A DNA stretch of 24,000 bases from positions 64,291-88,290 of the forward strand of contig NZ_REFP01000007.1 of NCBI RefSeq assembly GCF_003688725.1, given 5' to 3'. Shown here one piece after another: positions 18,729 to 24,000 of this stretch. Made by a program: the position numbers and the translations under genes. Within the stretch, counting starts at the first letter, position 1; every line of letters begins with the position of its first letter. Under the pieces are notes generated by a model, which saw only the letters and a list, made by a program, of their open reading frames with translations, did not search any database and was not told where the DNA came from. Source of the stretch: Thermoactinomyces vulgaris. Its GTDB lineage: Bacteria > Bacillota > Bacilli > Thermoactinomycetales > Thermoactinomycetaceae.

Positions 18729-20096
18729 TTAAATGAAGTTGGTCAGATTTAAACAATAATCGGTTATATATTTTGCAGACATGCGCCCGGCTTCGCGCAA
18801 ACTCGGATGCAAGAAGATGTGCCTGCCCGGTTTGGCATTCACTTCAAAAAGCCAAACGCGGCCGTTGCGGTCCACCCCGATGTCCAGCCCCAACTCTCCC
18901 AGGGTTCCGTCAATCTGTTCTTCCAATGTTTCGGCAATGGTGATGGCGGAGCGGATGATCATTTTTTTCACTTCAGAGGCATGCTGATGGAATGTTTTAA
19001 GAAGCAGTTCATCCGTCCGGATGATGGAGCCTCCGGTCCTGACATGTGTTGTGACGCAACCGAAACCGGCTGCCTTGGAGCCGATGGCAACCACTTTCCA
19101 GTGCCCTTTGCTGTCTTTGTGCATGTGAACACGGAAATCGACAGGTCGGTGGTTATTCCGGATCAACCGGATCCCCTGCTGAACGAGATATTTTTTGAAC
19201 CGGGGAGAGTGGATGCTGCCAAAATAATGGCTGATTAACGCTTTTAAAGACCGGAACAGGTGAAGGACGTTTTTGTTCCCTTTGTGGAACCGGCAATAGT
19301 AACCTTTTCCCGGGTGGTAAGTGATGCGGAAAATCCCCAGCCCCAAACTGCCGCCACTGGGCTTTAAATAGACCATCCGATGCTCTTTCAGCATTCTTTC
19401 CATGATCTCCAGAGTGGGGGGCATGTAAGTTTCGGGCATGAAAGTGGATGTTGCCGGATGGTGGTTCAGCATCTGATGGATGGACCATTTGTTGAAAAAG
19501 CCTTGGTTGAAGATTTTGCAAGCGGTGTTTTTTTTGAAGCGGTTTAAACAGGACTGAACCTGGGCCATGGATTCAGCCCGGCGATTGGGAATCCGTTCAT
19601 AAATGACATCGGGAAACGGTGAGAACAAGGGATGCCAACGATTTTGGAAGAAGTACCATCCCCGGACGGTTTGATTCTGCCAATTCACCATTTCCGGAGT
19701 AAAGACATAGATGAATGGTTTTTCGTCAAAACCCGCTTGAATGAAACTACGAAATAACTGGGTCCGGTTGCCGAAAGGTTGTTCCGGGTGGTGGCGGAAA
19801 CCGGTGGTGAGGATGCCGATCACGGGTCCGAATTTCAACGTTTTGTCGGTAAACAGAGCCCGGATGGTTCCCGTGTAAGGGAAGAGCAACTGTCTGGCGA
19901 CCGCCGGGGAAAGGAAAATCTTGTTTCCGGCCAGTGGAGCGATGATCACCCGGGTGATCATCGTTTTGTTTCCAAGTTGAATTTTAATGGATTGCCCGCT
20001 TTGGCATCCCCATAAATTCCCTAATGCCTGGCTGATCACAATGGCTTTGGCCGGAGTTTTGGAGTGAATTCGTATTTGGCAAAGGATTGATTTCAT
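18729..20096 (-). CDS. YheC/YheD family ATP-grasp protein, paralog 2
   Basis: PDVIYERIPNRRAES, YLKPSGGSLGLGIFRI, RPVDFRVHMHKDSKGHW, LGLDIGVDRNGRVWLFEVNAKPGR; RBS AGGAGGG. Confidence 0.88.
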   Translation of the reverse strand: MKSILCQIRIHSKTPAKAIVISQALGNLWGCQSGQSIKIQLGNKTMITRVIIAPLAGNKIFLSPAVARQLLFPYTGTIRALFTDKTLKFGPVIGILTTGFRHHPEQPFGNRTQLFRSFIQAGFDEKPFIYVFTPEMVNWQNQTVRGWYFFQNRWHPLFSPFPDVIYERIPNRRAESMAQVQSCLNRFKKNTACKIFNQGFFNKWSIHQMLNHHPATSTFMPETYMPPTLEIMERMLKEHRMVYLKPSGGSLGLGIFRITYHPGKGYYCRFHKGNKNVLHLFRSLKALISHYFGSIHSPRFKKYLVQQGIRLIRNNHRPVDFRVHMHKDSKGHWKVVAIGSKAAGFGCVTTHVRTGGSIIRTDELLLKTFHQHASEVKKMIIRSAITIAETLEEQIDGTLGELGLDIGVDRNGRVWLFEVNAKPGRHIFLHPSLREAGRMSAKYITDYCLNLTNFI

Positions 20097-20106
20097 ACTG
20101 ACCCTC

Positions 20107-21207
20107 CTAGCTGTTCAATAAGGCATTCGCATATTGAATGGGAAACTGGATGGCACGCCGCCGCACTTCCAGTTCTCCGGTTTTTAAGAAAACGGACCGC
20201 CCGGGTTTTGAGTTGACTTCAATAATCCAGACATCTTTGTTTTCATCGATGCCGATATCGATTCCCAGCTCTACCAGAGGACCGTGACGGCTTTCGATAA
20301 ACGGGGGCACGATTTCACTCAGATAGTTGATGGTCGAGGAAATTTTGGCTGCTTCTTGCGGGGTGTAATGCTGCTTTAAAAAAGGTTGGAACGGTAAAGC
20401 TTGCCCGCCGCCGTGCAAATTGGAGGTGATGGAATCGGGTTGGCCGGTCCGGATGGCATGCCCCGTTGTTTCCCATCTTTTTTGTCCGTTTTTTTGGACC
20501 AGAATCCTGACATCAAACGGGCGTCCATCCGGTGTGTTCAGCGACAAAAGAGGTTGAAGGATGTAACGGGTGTCCCGGATGGTTTGTTCCACCCAATGGC
20601 TGAGTTGGACCAGGGTTTGAAATTGAACGGAAAAAGGCCGGTTGAATTTCGTCCGCCCTTTCAGCAAGAAAGAGGAGGGGGGGATTTGTTCGATGGCGAC
20701 CACTCCTCTTCCGTGACTGCCGCCATTGGGTTTGATCAAAACACGGTTATGTTTCCGGAGGAAAGAGAACAGCTCTTGTGCATGGGTCAACCGCTTGGTT
20801 TCCGGGAGATAAGTCCGGATTTCCGGATGCTCTTTCAAGATGAGATAGGTTTGGTATTTCCCGCCCAAAGCTCTTCCAAGCAACCGGATTTGCGGGTCTT
20901 GGGTGATTTTTTGAACATGGGGTTTATACTTCATATAATGCCGGGCGTTGACATAATAACAACGGTCATAGATCAAATACGGCAGCGGAACCGTCTGTTG
21001 TTTCCAACGCTGATTGTGATAATGCCAAGCCGGAACCGTTCTGGTTTTCCAATGAATCCGGCCCGGATTGAATATAAAGACTTCCAGCCCCTGCTTTTTT
21101 CCTTCGAGTGTCAGTTGTTCAAAGAATGTGTGCTCTTTAAACGGAGGGTGTTTTTGGTTGTTTCCGTAGCAAACCATTATGCCAAGCCTGTTTTTTTGAT
21201 CGGTCAT
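20107..21207 (-). CDS. YheC/YheD family ATP-grasp protein, paralog 3 (short form)
   Basis: YLIYDRCYYVNARHY, LIKPNGGSHGRGVVAI, RPFDVRILVQKNGQKRW, LGIDIGIDENKDVWIIEVNSKPGR; ATG overlaps stop of upstream paralog. Confidence 0.88.
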   Translation of the reverse strand: MTDQKNRLGIMVCYGNNQKHPPFKEHTFFEQLTLEGKKQGLEVFIFNPGRIHWKTRTVPAWHYHNQRWKQQTVPLPYLIYDRCYYVNARHYMKYKPHVQKITQDPQIRLLGRALGGKYQTYLILKEHPEIRTYLPETKRLTHAQELFSFLRKHNRVLIKPNGGSHGRGVVAIEQIPPSSFLLKGRTKFNRPFSVQFQTLVQLSHWVEQTIRDTRYILQPLLSLNTPDGRPFDVRILVQKNGQKRWETTGHAIRTGQPDSITSNLHGGGQALPFQPFLKQHYTPQEAAKISSTINYLSEIVPPFIESRHGPLVELGIDIGIDENKDVWIIEVNSKPGRSVFLKTGELEVRRRAIQFPIQYANALLNS

Positions 21208-22628
21208 CGCCGTTGCCTCCTCATGATCCCGGAAGTCGTCGAAGGAGAAGGGGCGGGAGGATGTTTTCCTTGCTTGGAAAGGTATAGCACGTAGTCGATC
21301 AACCGCAACACGGACGGGCGAAAATGGCTGTTTGGATTAATCACGGTGTCATCGGTTTTGGATGGTTTGGAATTGATTTCAATCAGCCAGATTTTTCCGT
21401 GCACATCAATGGCCAGATCGATTCCGAGTTCGGCGAAATGGCCGTCGGCCAAACGTTCAAACGTTTTGGCGATGTCAAGTGCGGCGGCCCGAAGTTGGTG
21501 GATGGACGGTTTGTTTGGATAGGACAATTCCTTCAAAACATCACTTGCTTTGCGGATTGTACCTCCACGGGCCAGATTGGATACAATATGTTGAATGTTG
21601 GCAATCCGCGCAACGGAAGAAGTGATTTTCCAAACCCCTTCCTTGGTTTTTTGTGCCAAAATGCGAAAGTCTACCGGCCGGTAGTCAAATTTCATCAGCC
21701 TGAGTCCCTGTTGGGCGATGTAAGGCTGGCTTCTGATTTTTTGTTTTAACAATTTCATCAGGCTGGAATGGTTCTTCAAGGTTCGGCGAACCGTTCCCCC
21801 TGGAGTGGACAGTTGATAAATCCACCTGTTTTTGGAATGGGTTATCTTGATGATCCCGCTTCCCAGACTGCCGTTGGTCGGTTTGAGATAAACGGTGGAG
21901 TATCGTTTAAAGAGGGATAAGGCCCTCGGATCGCGGAATGAATAGGTTTCCGGCAATCGCGAACGGATTGCTTCATCTTGGACCAGGATTTGATAAACCT
22001 GTAATTTATCCAAAAACCTCTCATTAAAGATGGGGATCCGGAAAAGGTTTTTTAACAGGGACATTTTTTTCTGCAAAGATTCTTGTTGCTCGATGCGGCG
22101 TGAGTTGATGCGGTTGTAAATTACATCCGGGAGCGGGTATTTTGTACATTGCCACCGGTTTTTCTGTTTGATCCAGACGGTCGTTTCATTCCGGTTTAAA
22201 TCGATGTGTTCCGGCGTGATGACAGCGACCCGGATCCCTCTCATCTGACCGGCAGTGATGCATTCATCCAGAAATTTGGTCATCAGGCCAAAAGGTTGAG
22301 CACGCTTTTCCTGTGGATGGGCATTGATCAAAATGCCAAAAACAGGTCCAAATCGCAAGCGGAGAGAATGTGCGTCAAAATGGGCCCGAATCCATGGCTG
22401 AGGGTTCATTTTCAATTGCTCGGCAAGCTCAGAGCTGATGCAAATCAGTTTATGGTTCATGCGACTGAAAGCGACTCGTCCTTTTGCGATGGCTGAACCA
22501 AATGCGACTGAGAAAACCGGGGTTTTTATCTCCAATTTTTTGGCCAAAGCCTGACTCATCACCAGATCAATGTGGTGAGGAAGCTGATGTTGCGACAAGA
22601 TTTGAATTTGTACTTGTGCCAGCCCCAT
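21204..22628 (-). CDS. YheC/YheD family ATP-grasp protein, paralog 4 (start ATG 22628)
   Basis: PDVIYNRINSRRIEQQ, YLKPTNGSLGSGIIKI, RPVDFRILAQKTKEGVW, LGIDLAIDVHGKIWLIEINSKPSK; RBS GGAAGGGG. Confidence 0.88.
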   Translation of the reverse strand: MGLAQVQIQILSQHQLPHHIDLVMSQALAKKLEIKTPVFSVAFGSAIAKGRVAFSRMNHKLICISSELAEQLKMNPQPWIRAHFDAHSLRLRFGPVFGILINAHPQEKRAQPFGLMTKFLDECITAGQMRGIRVAVITPEHIDLNRNETTVWIKQKNRWQCTKYPLPDVIYNRINSRRIEQQESLQKKMSLLKNLFRIPIFNERFLDKLQVYQILVQDEAIRSRLPETYSFRDPRALSLFKRYSTVYLKPTNGSLGSGIIKITHSKNRWIYQLSTPGGTVRRTLKNHSSLMKLLKQKIRSQPYIAQQGLRLMKFDYRPVDFRILAQKTKEGVWKITSSVARIANIQHIVSNLARGGTIRKASDVLKELSYPNKPSIHQLRAAALDIAKTFERLADGHFAELGIDLAIDVHGKIWLIEINSKPSKTDDTVINPNSHFRPSVLRLIDYVLYLSKQGKHPPAPSPSTTSGIMRRQRR

Positions 22629-22656
22629 GACAATCCCCTTCCGCCTGTAAAATACT

Positions 22657-22664
22657 AATGTATG
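22657..22664 (-). promoter_or_regulatory. Sigma-E-like -10 element (CATACATT) upstream of the ATP-grasp operon
   Basis: Minus strand CATACATT fits the sigma-E -10 consensus CATACANT; no convincing -35 found. Confidence 0.35.
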
Positions 22665-22860
22665 GTATGTGGGCGTCAACCGCATGGTGAATAAAACAGG
22701 CTTGGCTTCGGCGGAAGGGATGGAAAAAAAGCGGGAAAATCGTTAGGATGAAAAAGAGGGGGACTGAAGCCGGACGGGTGGAAGGATGACCTTGTCCACG
22801 GTCACGGTTTCCCGGGATGGTCAGACAGGTTGAAAGGATTGCAAAGAAGGAGGATGACGG

Positions 22861-23550
22861 ATGAACATTACATATCACGGACATTCTTGTTTTGAAATTG
22901 AAACCCCGAAACACCGCATTGTCATTGACCCGTTTTTAAGCGGCAATCCGCTGGCGAAAGCGAAACCGGAAGAGATCAAGGCAGATTGGATTTTATTGAC
23001 GCACGGTCATGACGACCACGTCGGGGATACGGTGGACATTGCCAAGCGGAATCAAGCGACCGTGATCGCCCCCCATGAATTGGCCGTCTGGCTCGGTTTC
23101 CAAGGGGTGAATGCCCATGGCATGTCCATTGGCGGAGGCTATTCGTTTGATTTTGGCCATGTCAAAATGGTGAATGCGCTGCATGGTTCCGGATTTGTCA
23201 AAAATGAAGAACAACAAATCATTTATTTGGGACCACCATCCGGTTTTGTGCTGACCTTGGAAGGTAAAACCATTTACCATGCAGGGGACACTGCGCTTTA
23301 CTCTGATATGAAACTGATTGGAAGAGGAAAAGAAATCGATTTGGCCCTTCTCCCCATCGGGGACAATTTCACCATGGGGCCGGAAGATGCGCTGACGGCT
23401 GCGGAATGGATCGGGGCCAAGCATGTGATTCCGATGCATTACAACACGTTCCCGCCGATCCGGCAAGATGCCGGCGCTTTTGTGGAGAAACTGAATGCCA
23501 AAGGTATGAGCGGCAGTGTGCTTGGCGTCGGCGAAACATTCACCCTCTAA
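22861..23550 (+). CDS. UPF0173 metal-dependent hydrolase (YtkL-like, metallo-beta-lactamase fold)
   Basis: [50 protein letters not shown]; RBS AAGGAGG. Confidence 0.92.
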   Translation: MNITYHGHSCFEIETPKHRIVIDPFLSGNPLAKAKPEEIKADWILLTHGHDDHVGDTVDIAKRNQATVIAPHELAVWLGFQGVNAHGMSIGGGYSFDFGHVKMVNALHGSGFVKNEEQQIIYLGPPSGFVLTLEGKTIYHAGDTALYSDMKLIGRGKEIDLALLPIGDNFTMGPEDALTAAEWIGAKHVIPMHYNTFPPIRQDAGAFVEKLNAKGMSGSVLGVGETFTL

Positions 23551-23576
23551 GATAACGATTTGTAAATTTACTGTAA

Positions 23577-23604
23577 TTGACTCGTAATCTTTTTCCACTA
23601 CAAT
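23577..23604 (+). promoter_or_regulatory. Strong sigma-A-like promoter
   Basis: TTGACT (23577-23582), 16-bp spacer, TACAAT (23599-23604). Confidence 0.6.
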
Positions 23605-23630
23605 AGACGAAGATGAAAACCCCCTTTGGT

Positions 23631-23659
23631 AGAGACGGTTTTAAAGCCGTCTCTTTTTT
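23631..23659 (+). terminator. Rho-independent terminator
   Basis: agagacgg-ttttaaag-ccgtctct followed by T-run. Confidence 0.85.
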
Positions 23660-23742
23660 GTTTGCTCATAAGGCTGATAAGCCGGTGCTATATAAAAAGA
23701 CAAAAGAATATATTGTTGGTAAATGGTGAGGGGGGAAGGGAA

Positions 23743-24000
23743 TTGAAAGGTAAACGGATGATTGAACTTGGAATCAGTGTGGCCCTTTTGATCATTGCCG
23801 TCCCCAAGCTTCCCTTTGATCTCCATGGAGGGGGAGGAACGTTTTTTTCCCTGATGTGGTTGACGGGGTTATCCCTGAATATCGCGGCCAATATTTTGGA
23901 GATGAAACGGTTGTTGAAAAAAGAACGCAAAGAAAAAATGATCCGGCAATATTTCAGAATGTTGGAACTGAAGAAAACCCTAAAACACCGTCAGATCACC
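23743..24000 (+). CDS. N-terminal part of a small membrane protein of unknown function (open at window end; absent from ORF track)
   Basis: TTG 23743 (or ATG 23758) gives MKGKRMIELGISVALLIIAVPKLPFDLHGGGGTFFSLMWLTGLSLNIAANILEMKRLLKKERKEKMIRQYFRMLELKKTLKHRQIT without stop; GGGGGGAAGGG RBS. Confidence 0.65.
   Translation, partial: MKGKRMIELGISVALLIIAVPKLPFDLHGGGGTFFSLMWLTGLSLNIAANILEMKRLLKKERKEKMIRQYFRMLELKKTLKHRQIT

Overview
The window looks like a chromosomal segment from an endospore-forming Bacillales member; the carboxypeptidase strongly resembles carboxypeptidase T of Thermoactinomyces. From left to right it contains: the 3' end of kynA, then kynU and kynB; a zinc/quinone-type oxidoreductase; a GerA-type germinant receptor operon (minus strand, preceded by an unannotated 37-aa one-TM small ORF); a secreted carboxypeptidase T-like M14 peptidase; mgtE behind a recognisable M-box (Mg2+) riboswitch; a SpoVR-family gene; a 1223-codon gene made almost entirely of 93 uninterrupted 10-residue repeats with a histidine-rich register position; a divergent secreted NlpC/P60 protein; a tightly packed run of four YheC/YheD-type ATP-grasp genes plus a GNAT gene; a UPF0173 (YtkL-like) metal-dependent hydrolase; and a partial small membrane protein. 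The most notable items are the 93-decad repeat protein, the four-paralog ATP-grasp/GNAT operon, the small ORF leading the ger operon, and a strong promoter placed about 30 bp before a strong terminator after the UPF0173 gene. No tRNA, rRNA, CRISPR array or transposase was found.
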